From assembly GCA_034780895.1 (NCBI GenBank), contig JAUZTB010000063.1:15059485-15123484 (forward strand): a stretch of 64,000 nt of DNA. Direction: 5' to 3'. Position 1 is the first letter of the stretch; every line of letters begins with the position of its first letter. Positions 14,508 to 25,708 of this stretch are shown in pieces. Below the pieces are notes generated by a model, which did no database searches, had not been told where the DNA came from, and was given only the letters and a program-made list of their open reading frames with translations. The stretch is from Rhynchobatus australiae (Eukaryota). The position numbers and the translations under genes are program-made.

Positions 14508-14935
14508 GTGAAAAACACAATGATGCTGGAGGAACTCAGCAGGCCAGGCAGCATCCATGGAGAAAAGCAGGCAGTCAATGTTTCGGGTCAGGACCCTTCT
14601 TCAGGACTGAAGATAAGAAAAGGGGAAGCCCAATATACAGGAGGGAAAAGCAGAGCAGTGATAGGTGGACAGAAGAGTGGAGGTGGGTGGGCACAGGGTG
14701 GTGATAGGCAGGTGCCAGGGAGGAGGGGAGAGCAGATCCACCGAGGGATGGGTAAACGGTCAGAAGAGAGGATAAAAAGGCTCGGAAAGGGAAGAAGAGA
14801 AGAAGCATGGTTGGGGGGGGTGGGGTTACCTAAAGTGGGAGAATTCAATATTCATGACATTAGGCTGCAAGGTTCCAAGACAGAAAATGAGGTGCTCTTC
14901 CTCAAGTTTGTGCTTGGAATTCTCCTGGCAGTGGA
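14508..14935 (-). mobile_element. Penelope-like 3' tail/pseudo-LTR in inverted orientation
   Basis: Reverse complement aligns with ~16900-17372 and with 15262-15365; includes the end of the GIY-YIG (KHKLEEEHLIFCLGTLQPNVMNIEFSHFR). Confidence 0.9.
14572..14609 (-). ncRNA. Minimal type I hammerhead ribozyme-like motif in the Penelope tail
   Basis: Minus strand reads CAGTC-CTGAAGA-A-GGGT(CCTG)ACCC-GAAA-CATT-GACTG: stem I CAGTC/GACTG, core CUGANGA, stem II, GAAA; the cleavage-site region looks mutated. Confidence 0.7.
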
Positions 14936-14999
14936 ATTCTCTCCCTCCCACACTATCACTGCTATGCTTCCCCTCCCACACTATCACTGATATGAAGGT

Positions 15000-15365
15000 G
15001 CAACCACCTGCTCCTACACCACCTCCATCCAGGGACCCAAACAGTCCCTTCAGGTGAGAGAGGGAGAGATTCACCTGCACCTCCCTTAATATCTACTGCA
15101 TTTGGTGCTCCAAGTGTGGCCTCCTCTACATTGGTGAGACCAAACACAGGCTAGGTGACTGTTTTACAGAACACCTGCACTCTGTCTGTAACCGCGATCG
15201 GCATCTTCCCATTGCCAGTCACTTCAACCCCCCCCCCACACACTATCACTGATATGACATGTCCACTGCCAGGAGAATTCCAAGCACAAACTGGAGGAAG
15301 AGCACCTCATTTTCCATCTTGGAACCTTGCAGCCTAATGTCATGAATATTGAATTCTCCCACTTT
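15000..15365 (+). mobile_element. Penelope-like GIY-YIG endonuclease fragment
   Basis: Translates FTCTSLNIYCIWCSKCGLLYIGETKHRLGDCFTEHLHSV…PIASHFN (GIY-YIG motif). Confidence 0.9.
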
Positions 15366-15465
15366 NNNNNNNNNNNNNNNNNNNNNNNNNNNNNNNNNNN
15401 NNNNNNNNNNNNNNNNNNNNNNNNNNNNNNNNNNNNNNNNNNNNNNNNNNNNNNNNNNNNNNNNN

Positions 15466-15510
15466 TTTTCATTCTTCCTTCCAAGGTGCATAACCTCACA
15501 TTTTCCAATA
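15466..15510 (-). mobile_element. Short CR1 RT fragment at gap edge
   Basis: NIGKCEVMHLGRKNE on the minus strand. Confidence 0.7.
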
Positions 15511-15511
15511 T

Positions 15512-17400
15512 TACACCAGAAACAGAACCAGTCCCTTTCCACTAACTCTCTCCTCTGCCTGGCTGAATTTGTCCTCACCCTCAACAATTTCACTTTCAAT
15601 TCCTCTCACTTTCTACAGACCAAGGGTGTAGCTATGGGTACTTACATGGGCCCCAGCTATGGCTGCCTCTACATTGGCTACATTGAGCAGTCCCTGTTCC
15701 AAGCCTACTCCGGTCCCATTCCTCAATTCTTTCTCTGCTATATCGACGACTGCATTGGTGCCACCTCTTGTACCTGTGCGGAACTCGACAGTTTCCTAAA
15801 TTTCACCACAAATTTTCACTCTGCTCTCCAATTCACTTGGACTATCCTATACCCCTCTCCTTCCTCGATCTTTCCATTTCCATCTCAGGAGATTCTGTAT
15901 CCACCAACATCTACAAACCCACTGATGCCCACAGCTACCTCGATTACAGCTCCTCCCACCGTCTCTTGCAAGGACACTATCCCGTTTGCAGCCTCTGCTC
16001 CCATGATGAGGCTATCTACTCCAGGACATCTGAGATTTCCAGCTTCTTTACTAACTGTGGCTTCCCCCCTGTGGTTGAGGGAGCTCACAACCGCATCTGC
16101 CATTTCCCGCTCCTCTGCTCTCACGCTCACCCCTCCCAGACCCAACAGGGATAGGGTCCCCCTCGTCCTCACATTTCATCCTACTAACCCATGTATCCAA
16201 AATATCATTCTTCACCACCTCCAATGGGACCCCACCACCAAGCTTATCTTCCCCTCTACACCCCTTTCTGCCGTTTGCAGGGACTGCTCTCTCTGGTTTG
16301 CTAATACTTCCCCACCCATCCTGGGGACTTTCCACTGCTCCTGCCATAGGTGTAACACCTGCCCCTACACCACCTCCATCCAGGCACCCAAACAGTCCTT
16401 TCAGGTGAGACAGAGATTTACCTGCACCTCCCTTAATATCATCTTGGTGTTCCAAGTATTGGTATATTATTGTCACACGTACCAAGGTACAGTGAAAAAC
16501 TTGCCTTGCATACCACTCATACAGATTAATTCATTACAGTGCATTGAGGTAGTACAGGGTAAAAACAATACAGAATGCAGAGTAGTGTCACAGCTACAGA
16601 GGAAGTGCAGTGCAGGTAGACGATAAGGTGAAATGTCATAAGGTTGATTGTCAGGTCAAGAGTCCATCTCATTGTATAAGGGAACCGTTCAATAGTCTTG
16701 TAACAGCGGGATAGAAGATGTCCTTGAGCCTGGTGGTATGTGCCCTCAGGCTCCTGTTGCCTCCTCTATATTGGCGACACCAAACGCAGATGAGGTGACT
16801 GTTTCGCAGAACACCTGTGCTCCAATCTGTAACCATGATCTGTATTTCCCTGTTGCCAGTCACTTCAACTCCCGCTCCATCACAGATGTGCCAGTCCTTG
16901 GCCTCCTCCACTGCCAAAAGTCCAAGAGCAAACTGGAGGAATAGCCCTTATTTTCCATCTTGGAACTTTGCAGCCTCATGGCATGAACATTGCATTTCCC
17001 CATTTAATTAATTCCCCACCACTGCCCCCCCCATCATGCTTCTTTTCTTCTTCCCTTTCCTAGCCTCTCTTTTTTTCTACCCCCCTTTTTCTCCTTCTTA
17101 CCTTTGACCCATCCTCCAGTGGATCTGCTCTCCCCTCCTCCCCTGCACCTGCCTATCACCATCTCTTACCTGCATCTACCTATTACCACCTCGTTCCCAC
17201 CCCGCCTCCCCTCTTTTGTCTACCTATCACTGCTCTGTTTTTCCCTCCTATATATTGGGCTTCCCCTTTTCCAGCCCCGAAGAAAGGTCCTGACCTGAAA
17301 TGTTGACCACCTCCTTTTCTCCACAGATGCTGCCTGGCCTGCTGAGTTCCTCCAGCATCATTGTGTTTTTCATCTAGATTCCAGTATCTGCAGTCCTTTG
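15512..17400 (+). mobile_element. 5'-truncated Penelope-like retroelement (Neptune-like): RT, Cys linker, GIY-YIG, tail; frameshifted
   Basis: LAEFVLTLNNFTFNSSHFLQTKGVAMGTYMGPSYG…CYIDD; LSFLDLSI…IYKPTDAHSYLDYSSSH; RVPLVLTFHP; linker CSCHRCNTCPY; GIY-YIG; 3' tail ending …ccagtatctgcagtcctttg. Confidence 0.93.
16458..16755 (-). mobile_element. Rex1/Babar-type LINE 3' end inserted into the Penelope GIY-YIG
   Basis: Minus strand encodes RSLRAHTTRLKDIFYPAVTRLLNG, like RSLKTHTQCFRNNFFLSAIGFLNG at 31.7 kb; Penelope sequence resumes colinearly on both sides. Confidence 0.8.
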
Positions 17401-17899
17401 TTTCTTTCAAGGTTATTTGCATTACTCTGGAATTTCCATAAGGCACTTTCTATATTTATGCAACTGGTGCATTTTCAACATTGAGGCGCATCTCTCTACT
17501 CACTCCTCATGCAAAGTTGTTCTGCAATGTTTCTGGGTGAAATCTGGTTACATCATACAGAAGAGTAACAATTGTTGGTTTCAGAACCATGTTTTCATCA
17601 TAAAGCATGATCTGTAACATTGTCATTTAAAGGGCAACTCTTATTTTGGTTCCAAGTTCTATAGTCTGCCACAGAAGACTCTGGAGGCTGTGAAATTTAA
17701 AAAAAAATTGCCCTTATTGAGCACAGTGTCTTCTACTGAGCTATTTTGCTATTTGGGCTTTTGAAACCTATTTAATTTGGGTGCTAGCATGGTAGTTCCA
17801 TTGGTTCTGTTGGATGACTCAACGCTACAAGACAAGGATTTCCTGCACCACAAGCAAGTTTGGCAACCCTGAGAGAGAAGACATTGATGCCCTGGTGTG

Positions 17900-18520
17900 T
17901 GCAGACCATATCCCTAAAAAGCCGACATGGATCCATGCTCCTATCATGATTTTTCCAAGGAGAAATGCATCTTGATGCTAAAATTTATAAAATCAATTGT
18001 CACAGATCTGCAATCTTCTTCAGGTTCAAGTCCATTCTTGAACTGCATTACCAGTTGAGATTGAGGTTACCAGTGAGTTCAGGTTCCTAGCCACTGGGCC
18101 ATTCCAGATAACCGTGTCCGATCTTTAGCACATCTTGAAGTTTGCTGCTTGTCACAGTATCAGGGAAGTCACTGTTGCTTCAAGCTCAAGGAAAGGGGAC
18201 ATTACCTCATAGCAGAGCACGAGATAGAGCTGCAATCTAGTCATTGAAATCTACAGCTCTCATGGGACTCTCCTCCCTTAATATTCAAATTGCCGTTGGT
18301 TATGAGAGAAACTTCTTGGCCAATGCCAGTTATCTAGAGTGCTCATACAGTATGATTCATTTTCATCCAGCACTCCTCAAACAGAGCATTGTACTTTGTT
18401 ATTGTCATCTGTCCCTACACAACTCAGCCAACAGGAGAGCAATGTATTTGCCCCAGAGGAGGAGTCATGGGAACCAGAGAAAGAGAGGGCGAGAAGAAAG
18501 AAGTGAAGGACGAGTTGTAT
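17900..18520 (+). mobile_element. Decayed PIF/Harbinger (HARBI1-like) transposase
   Basis: Manual translation across frameshifts: RPYP…SYHDFSKEKCILMLKFIK…ICNLLQ; RFLATGPFQITVSDL*HILKFAACHSIREVTVA; GLSSLNIQIAV…ANASY…YDSF; CHLSLHNSANRR plus acidic tail, colinear with Harbinger motifs (FxTGSFQ, HSLNVQ, HD, CxxLHN). Confidence 0.75.
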
Positions 18521-19499
18521 GTTTGGTTGACACAGGCCTGGCCAGCGTTTCTGGGTATACTGTCACGGTACAGCATCCCCCAAATTCTCATGGACTTGTT
18601 TTTCACACCACTTATATACATTTATGCCTGTAGGATTAAGACAGTCAGCAAACACAAACGCACCCAAACATTTTAATTTCCATGGGGCCCATGCAGACAG
18701 TCAATGAAACAGGAAATCCTCTTCTACCAGAAGAAAAGAATGCCCGTCTGAGTAAATCTCTTCTGATAGGATCTCAAGATCCAGGTTGCTGAAGCTAGAA
18801 AGCACGCTTCCTGACCTCTCCTGGAAACTTTCCTTTTATGGGCCAGAATTCTTGTGTGTTAGCTCACTGCTAGTTGTTAACAATTGAGTAAAATTGATAC
18901 AGTCACAAGCATGACTTCCCTTCTGAGAAATTGTTGCCTCATGTACTGTTGCAATTAGATCAGGACTGAAAATTATAATCTTAATGGTGATGCTACTGAA
19001 TGAAGCAGTGCAGGTAAATCTTTTAATGCTACCATTATGAAGCTAATGAATTTTGAGAATGTTCTGTTTCTAATTGTGCTGAAAGATGAATTCAGCTGAA
19101 GCTTACTTTGTGCGGGCTTTCATTCTCCCACTCTAGCCCCTTTTATGATTGAATAAAAATAAAGTGGAATAGAATTTTAAGGAATGGGGTTTTATTGAAT
19201 TATTCCACAATTATTGAATGTTTTAAAAGGAGTTGTGTCTGCCATCTCAGTCACTCCTTCATTATCCATTTACCATTTACTTTGATGAGTACATGAAATC
19301 ATAGATAATATGACATTGCACCTGGAACTGTTAGGCTGAACAGGTACTAATTGACAACTAAGTTCTCTATCTTAAGAAGCGGCAAAATGTAGGTTTGGTA
19401 CCAAATCACAGCATGAATTATTACTTTCCAGACTGAAGTATGGTTGGATTATTTATCCAATGTATATGTGCAAGGTCTGTATTCAAATGACATTTAGAA

Positions 19500-20075
19500 A
19501 ATGCAAAGTAAATTGAAGGAGAAAAAGAGCAAGGAAGTTGTCATGAACCTCTATAAAATACTAGTGCAGCCATAACTGAAAAATTGTGTCCAGTTCTGGG
19601 TACCTCATGTCAGGAGAGGTTAAGAGGTGCAGAAGAAGCTTACTAAAATGATTCCAGAGATGAGGAACATTATTATGTGGATAGACTGGAGAAGCTAGGT
19701 TTGTATTTGTTGGAATAGACGTGGTTAAGGGGATATCTGAAAGAGGGATATGCAAAAATAATAGGTAGGGATAATAGATGGTGTGAAATTATTCCTGTTG
19801 GCAGAGGAGTCATGGAAACCTAAAATGAAAATGATTGGCAAAAGAACAAAAAATTCTTTGTTTTACATAGTGAATGGTTGAGGGTATGGAATATATTGGT
19901 AGAGATGGAGCAGATTAACTGGTAGCATTCAGAGGGAAGCTGGATGGGTTATTGAAAGGAAATAATTTGCTGGGCTATGGGAGAGAATGAAGGAATGGTG
20001 CCAGCTGGATTACTCCTGGTGGGAATTTGGTGAGTTCAATGGCTTCCTTTGGTGCTGGAGCCATTTTGTGATTGT
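19500..20075 (+). mobile_element. Degraded CR1 3' fragment
   Basis: LYKILVQP*LKNCVQFWVPH pattern followed by typical CR1 C-terminus and 3'UTR. Confidence 0.8.
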
Positions 20076-20204
20076 GAGATTGGAATAAGTTTTGTTGACT
20101 TTAGGAGTTGGTGAGTTTCGACTTTGTCTCCGTCCCTTCTTAAATGTAAAAAGTATCGTAAGTGTCTAAGGTTTTATTTTAAAACCAAATGCATCTCTTA
20201 TCAT

Positions 20205-20555
20205 AAAGTTATACAGTATGGAAACGGGGTCTTCAGACCACAGAGTCCACTTTGACTATCAAGCACCCATTCACACTAACCCTATACTCATCCTATTTTA
20301 TTATCCTCACGATACCATAAACTACCCTCAGATTCTACTGCTGACCCCCACACCAGGGTAATTTTACATGGCCAAGAAAGGTATCAACTTGCATGTCTAT
20401 AAGATGCGGGAAGAAACCAGAGCACTGACCAACCAACCCACAGATGACAAGGAAAAAATAAGCAAAGTCCACGCAGATAGCATTGAAGGTCAGGACTGAA
20501 CCTGGATCATTGGAGTTGTGAAGCAGGAATTCTACTAGTTACACTACTGTGCCCT
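20205..20555 (-). mobile_element. V-SINE (HE1-like), tRNA-derived
   Basis: Minus strand has a tRNA-like head (gggcacagtagtg…ccaggttcagtcctgacc), a V-domain (tgcgtggactttgc…gtgctctggtttcttcccgc) and a CR1-like tail (ccgtttccatactgtat). Confidence 0.75.
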
Positions 20556-20859
20556 CAGAAATGAAACAGTGCTTTTGATTGCATTATATGGTCTTACCTC
20601 AGTGATAGCTTGTAAATCCATGAAGTTATGCGTTTGAGATATTTGAGCACTTAAAGCTGATACAAGTATAGCACTGAAGGGCTGCTGTGTTGATGTGGTG
20701 ACATATGAAAGTCATGTGGCCCAAGCAGTCCATGTTGGCATTCACACTTCCTGCATTGAGTTGTGACCACAAATGCCACTTCTATCATCATATCCTTTCA
20801 ATCCATTCTGCTAAACAGTTGTTCTAATAGAAGTAAGTGAAATTTATTTAGCAGAAGTT

Positions 20860-20965
20860 TTTGGGAATTACTGTATGCAAATTGGCTGCCAGGTTTCCAA
20901 CATTACAAGAATGACAACACTCATTGGCTGCGAGGTGTAGGACTTGTAGTTCTGGAAGACCCTAC
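20860..20965 (+). mobile_element. Deu-domain SINE tail remnant
   Basis: gcaaattggctgccaggtttccaacattacaagaatgac…cattggctg resembles the DeuSINE/SacSINE 3' region. Confidence 0.5.
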
Positions 20966-21439
20966 ACACAACTTTGATTTTTAAACATACATCACAATGT
21001 TGATCTTCGGAACATTTAACAGTACCGCAACCAAGTAAAGCAAAAACATTTCAGTAAAACCTAAAAATAGGGAGACTGATTTTTAGTAATGATAACAAAT
21101 GGAGATAGCTGATGTTACACATTTGAACAAAGTGTCTCCTCTTCGAAGCACCAGCCACATGGGAAAAACCTAGCAGTAGAATGATTACAGCAAGGGTCAT
21201 GATGATGAATCAGATGCTCCATGCAAGAGAATCATCAGAAGCCAAATTAATACCTGTCTGCCAATGAATATATCCAAATTTGCAGCAGCATTGAATCACA
21301 GTGCCTATATTGAGCAGCCACACGTCAGCTATCAATAGCATTCCAGCTTCCCTCAGTTTAACTGTTTCTCTCTATTTTCCTAGGTTTCATTTGGCATTGA
21401 CACTGTCAATCTTTATAATAAAAACCCTTTATAAGAAGA

Positions 21440-21760
21440 TCCAGATCTTTCATCAATCCGCTTGACTCATATCTTGGACGATCTTTGTTGTCTCTATATA
21501 GATCTGAACAAAGATCCCTGGATAATACCACAGCTCCATCTTTCTAATCTGATTAAAAATTATTCCTTTACTCATTATCTTTGCTTTGTATGCCTCTCCT
21601 TCCAATATTTTTACGAAAGTACGATGGGCCTTCATTTCCAAGAACCTTTTTAGACTTTTGATCTCTTTCACCTCAGTGCTGGATGGCCAACAAGTTTTCC
21701 TGGACTTGTATTCTCTTTTCTTCTGATTTCTGATTTGTCTGATTTAAAACCTTCCCAACC
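21440..21760 (-). mobile_element. Possible highly decayed L1 ORF1 remnant
   Basis: LVGHP…FLEMKAHRT…KILE…FNQIRK…YPG…IVQDMSQA loosely follows the L1 ORF1 order (IVGLPE/ERAHR/YPA). Confidence 0.3.
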
Positions 21761-23089
21761 CTGCCTAATCATCAGATTCTTTTTGAGATTAAAATAGGCA
21801 ATATCTCATTTTGAACACTCAGGAACATCGTCAAAGACTTGAATTATCCAAGCACATCCATGTTGACAAATACTGATTGGCTCATAATCTTTCTTGTTGT
21901 TTGTTAAAGTTATTTTTTATTATGGTCTCTGGATTTCCTGGAGATTAACTAGTCTGTACTTTATTCCTAGTTTACATTCCTGTTCAAAGAGGTAATGTCT
22001 GCTGCTTGCCTGTTTTTAAATACCTTTCCTATTTCCCTAGAATTTTGGGTTTAATGTANNNNNNNNNNNNNNNNNNNNNNNNNNNNNNNNNNNNNNNNNN
22101 NNNNNNNNNNNNNNNNNNNNNNNNNNNNNNNNNNNNNNNNNNNNNNNNNNNNNNNNNNTAACATTTCTGCTTTTTAATTTCTTTCCTCTAGAAAGAAAAC
22201 AGTGTTTTGGTTGCATAACATAGCGTTAATTTCTTTTTACTGTTAATTTCATTGAACTACTGATATTTTAAAGATGCCTTATTTAAAATCCTTTATTTAA
22301 AAATGGTAAATGAATGAAGTGTGCTTGAACACTTGTGCTGTCTTTTACTCAGATGCTGAATGGGACTGACATGGCTTTCTAGGCTCTATAAAATTGTATA
22401 TTTTCTTCATTTTTTGACTAATTTAAAACCTTTCCATCTGTGCATAAATTTAAAGATACTAGTTATCTGTCAATGCAACTACTACGTCAATTATTATGTC
22501 AATTCATATTTTGGATGAGACCAGCTAGCTCAGCATAAATCCAAATTTACCCCAGGGCCACATGGGTTCAGCAGTTCACTAATAGTCATGGGCCACTGGG
22601 GAAATTGAAGAAATCAGTTGTAATAGCAGTGAATGCTTCCGCACTTCTTTGAGCTTGACATTAACATAGGTTTTGTCAGCTGAAAGACAGACTTGGATCG
22701 TGCTTGATTAGCAGCAAATATAACCTTTTATTAACCTGATCAAAATAATTTTGTTTTGATTTTGCGAAAGTAATTTCAGGGTTAATACAGAAGATTCATG
22801 CATGGCATGAGGGGAAAGAAACAGTTGTGCTTTATTGTATGTATAATTTGTAACTAAAAGGATTCATCACATTATTGAAAGGATTGTGTTTTATGTGAAA
22901 ATGTGTACATCAAAAAGGCTTTCTCCATTGGTTTAAGTAAGAGAATTCAGTTTAGATTTCATGATTCAAGAACTTTAGTCAAATAACCTAAATGTGCACA
23001 TGCAGATCACTGCAATTAATTGAAATAATAAAACATCATGTTATTAACAATAATAAATTGAGATAATAAAAACACATAATGTGCTGGTA

Positions 23090-23385
23090 CTCACCAAGTT
23101 AAGCATATAATATCCTGAGGGGAGTTGACACATTGGAAGTGGAGTGAATGTCTCCTCCTGTGGGAGAATCTGTTTAAATGTGGTGTTGCCCATTGAAAAT
23201 AGAGTTGAGATATTTTTTTCTCTCTAGTAATGAGTCTTTGAAACTCTCTTTTCCAAAGGCAGTTAGAAGTAAACCTTTGATTACCTTTAAGGCAGAGGTA
23301 GATAGATCTTGATAAGTAAGGGGATGAAAAGTTACAGTGGAGTTGAGGTTGTAATTAAAAGAACTATGAGGGGCCGAGTGATTCA
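23090..23385 (+). mobile_element. CR1 3' fragment
   Basis: atcctgaggggagttgaca…gagtctttgaaactctcttttccaaaggcagt…tttaaggcagaggtagatagatcttgataagtaagggg. Confidence 0.75.
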
Positions 23386-23499
23386 TAATTTATGTGTTTG
23401 TATGCAAATGCTAGAAGTGGCTTTGCATGTCGAGATGATAAAAAGTGATAGGCAGAGGAGATACTTTATGTTCAGATTATGGTGGCAATGTTTCTGCTG

Positions 23500-25708
23500 A
23501 GGCTTCATCCTGTGGCTGTTTCTAGTTTATTGGTGAATTATCAATAGAATTATATAGAAGTTATCAATAAAAATCTGAACATTTCTCATTTCATTTGATA
23601 AAAGTTTCTTTTAGAAAATTATGCCATTTCCTAGCGTGTGGTCATTTTTAATGCTGTACCTGAGATTATTATCTTTGAACATGGCTATCGCATGCACAGT
23701 GTTGGAGGACATCTCTGAAAGTCTTTTCATTGTGAGCTGTTTTGGTGGGTGGTAAAGTTATACAGTTTTGTCTTATTTCAGTTGTGACCTTCATTACTCA
23801 AACTCAAACACAAACTCAGACTGATCCTCCTTTCACATGAAGTTCCAATTATTGTTCCAAATCTCCTTCTTCAAATTCAGCCTCACTCATCAACTTGACA
23901 ATGTCTTTTTGGTGATTTTTCAGGTTCGTAAACCCACATGAGCCTTGCATACTCTCTGGCCTTAATTTTCTCTATTCACTATTTATTGTTGCATGGATTA
24001 CATCACTGCGAGAAGCACTGATGTAGTTTTATGGATACCCTGATATTTCACCTCTTCCACATTTCTGGAATGGTGGGATTGCCATTGCATGCTACAGGTT
24101 GTAAGCCTTGAATGTAGCATTGACACCCTGAACCATGGGTTGTAACAATGAAGTGGTGTTAGGGGATAGAAATACTACCTATATGTTGTTAACCTTATCT
24201 TTGATGTTAAAAGACTGTCCAAAAGCTTTGTTGTTCAGACTATTTCATGCACAATAGTGTTTGATGAAGTGGTGAGAAATGGAATAGTAATCTTAGAATC
24301 CCAGGCTTTTTTTGTTAGATCACTTTCCCACTGGAAGATTGCATATCCCAAGAGCTCTTGGATTCTCGAAATGGTAGACTAAGAGGAGCTTAAACCTTTA
24401 GTCACCTTCAGCATTGTCTCCAAGGTCAAGATGGTGATGCATCAATTAGTAATGCTGCCTGCCAGGTCTCAGAAGTTTGCACATTCTTTTGTGTTTGTGT
24501 AGGTTTCCCTGGGTGCTCTGGTTTATTCCCAGATCCTAAAGGTTTGCTGGTAGGTTAATTAGTTGTTGTACATTACCCCTTAGTGTGGACTAATGGCAAA
24601 AGAAATCAAAAGGAAATTAATGGGTATGTGTGAGAAAGAATAATTTTCAGGGAAGGAGGAGCAAGAGAATGGGACTAATGGGAATGCACCCCTGGGAACC
24701 GGAATGGACCCGATGGATTGAATGATCTCATCTGTCATTATNNNNNNNNNNNNNNNNNNNNNNNNNNNNNNNNNNNNNNNNNNNNNNNNNNNNNNNNNNN
24801 NNNNNNNNNNNNNNNNNNNNNNNNNNNNNNNNNNNNNNNNNGATCTCATCTGTCATTATAGATATATGAGAAGAGTAAAGAGATCTTTGCCTTAAAACCT
24901 GGAACAGTTTTCTTATCCCTTGAGATGAACATTCCAAAAGAGACCTGTCTAATCTACGTTCGGCACTTGTTTAGGAGAGTGGCCACCTTCCTCAATGATT
25001 CATTTTGGTTCCATTGGAAAATTTTCTGCAACCATGCATTACCTACATCTGCTGCCTTTCCCACAAGACAATGTTATCCAGGTCTGCACAAATCGTGAAA
25101 TGTTCAAACCAGCCATGGCTGACCTTGAACGTTGGGACTTTCATCACCCTATTCACATTCTTTCTTGTCACAGTTATCTCACTTTTTCTTGGAGCATCAT
25201 TAAATTTGAGGTTCTTCTGACTATGACACTTTTTCTATTCTTTTCATGCAACATTGCCTATTGTAACACTTCCAAGAGTAACACCAGTCACTGAGTTTAT
25301 TTTGTCAGATTATTTGCACCTTTGATGCTGCAAGATTTAACATATGGCCAATGTCTATCAAATGCTTATTGTTTTTACTTCTATTAATTATATTAAACGT
25401 AAAATTAATAGTTATGGTTTTCTTCAGTTTCTTAGAGAGAGTGCAATATTCAGAACCGCCAACATGTTTTAAAACCATTTTGAAAGATGCACAAAATAAG
25501 TTGTGATAAGTCGCAATAACAAGCACAGCATCCGTGGTTATCATGAAGATAAAATGGTGCAGGGGATGTGCAAAAATGCAATATGGTTGAGGAATGGCGC
25601 ACTTCTCGTTAAAGCACCCAATAACCCAATCAAGACACGTACCCAAAGAGTCGATACCATTACAATGAAAATTTGTAAATTGAATGTTTGTAAGTCAGAG
25701 AATTACTG
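23500..25708 (-). mobile_element. Near full-length decayed Tigger/pogo DNA transposon, interrupted by a V-SINE
   Basis: TIR-like end CAGTAATTCTCTGACTTACAAAC at 25708; CENP-B-type HTH KKTITINFTFNIINRSKNNKHLIDIGHMLNLAASKVQII; FKVSHGWFEHF; IIEEGGHSPKQVPNVD*TGLFW; KTVPGFKA; LGDNAEGD*RFKLLLVYHFENPRAL; SNKKAW; VVFLSPNTTSLLQPMVQGVNATFKAY; left boundary approximate. Confidence 0.92.
24428..24860 (+). mobile_element. V-SINE nested in the Tigger transposase
   Basis: V-domain gtttgcacattct…gtttccctgggtgctctggtttattcccaga; the transposase reading (DLFTLL | LGDNAEG) joins across it. Confidence 0.8.

Noticed and set aside
24724-24859. Direct repeats flanking 100-N gaps (gatctcatctgtcattat; also gatctacc at 31443/31551 and cccata at 27166/27272)
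   Set aside because: Typical contig-overlap artefacts at scaffold gaps, not TSDs
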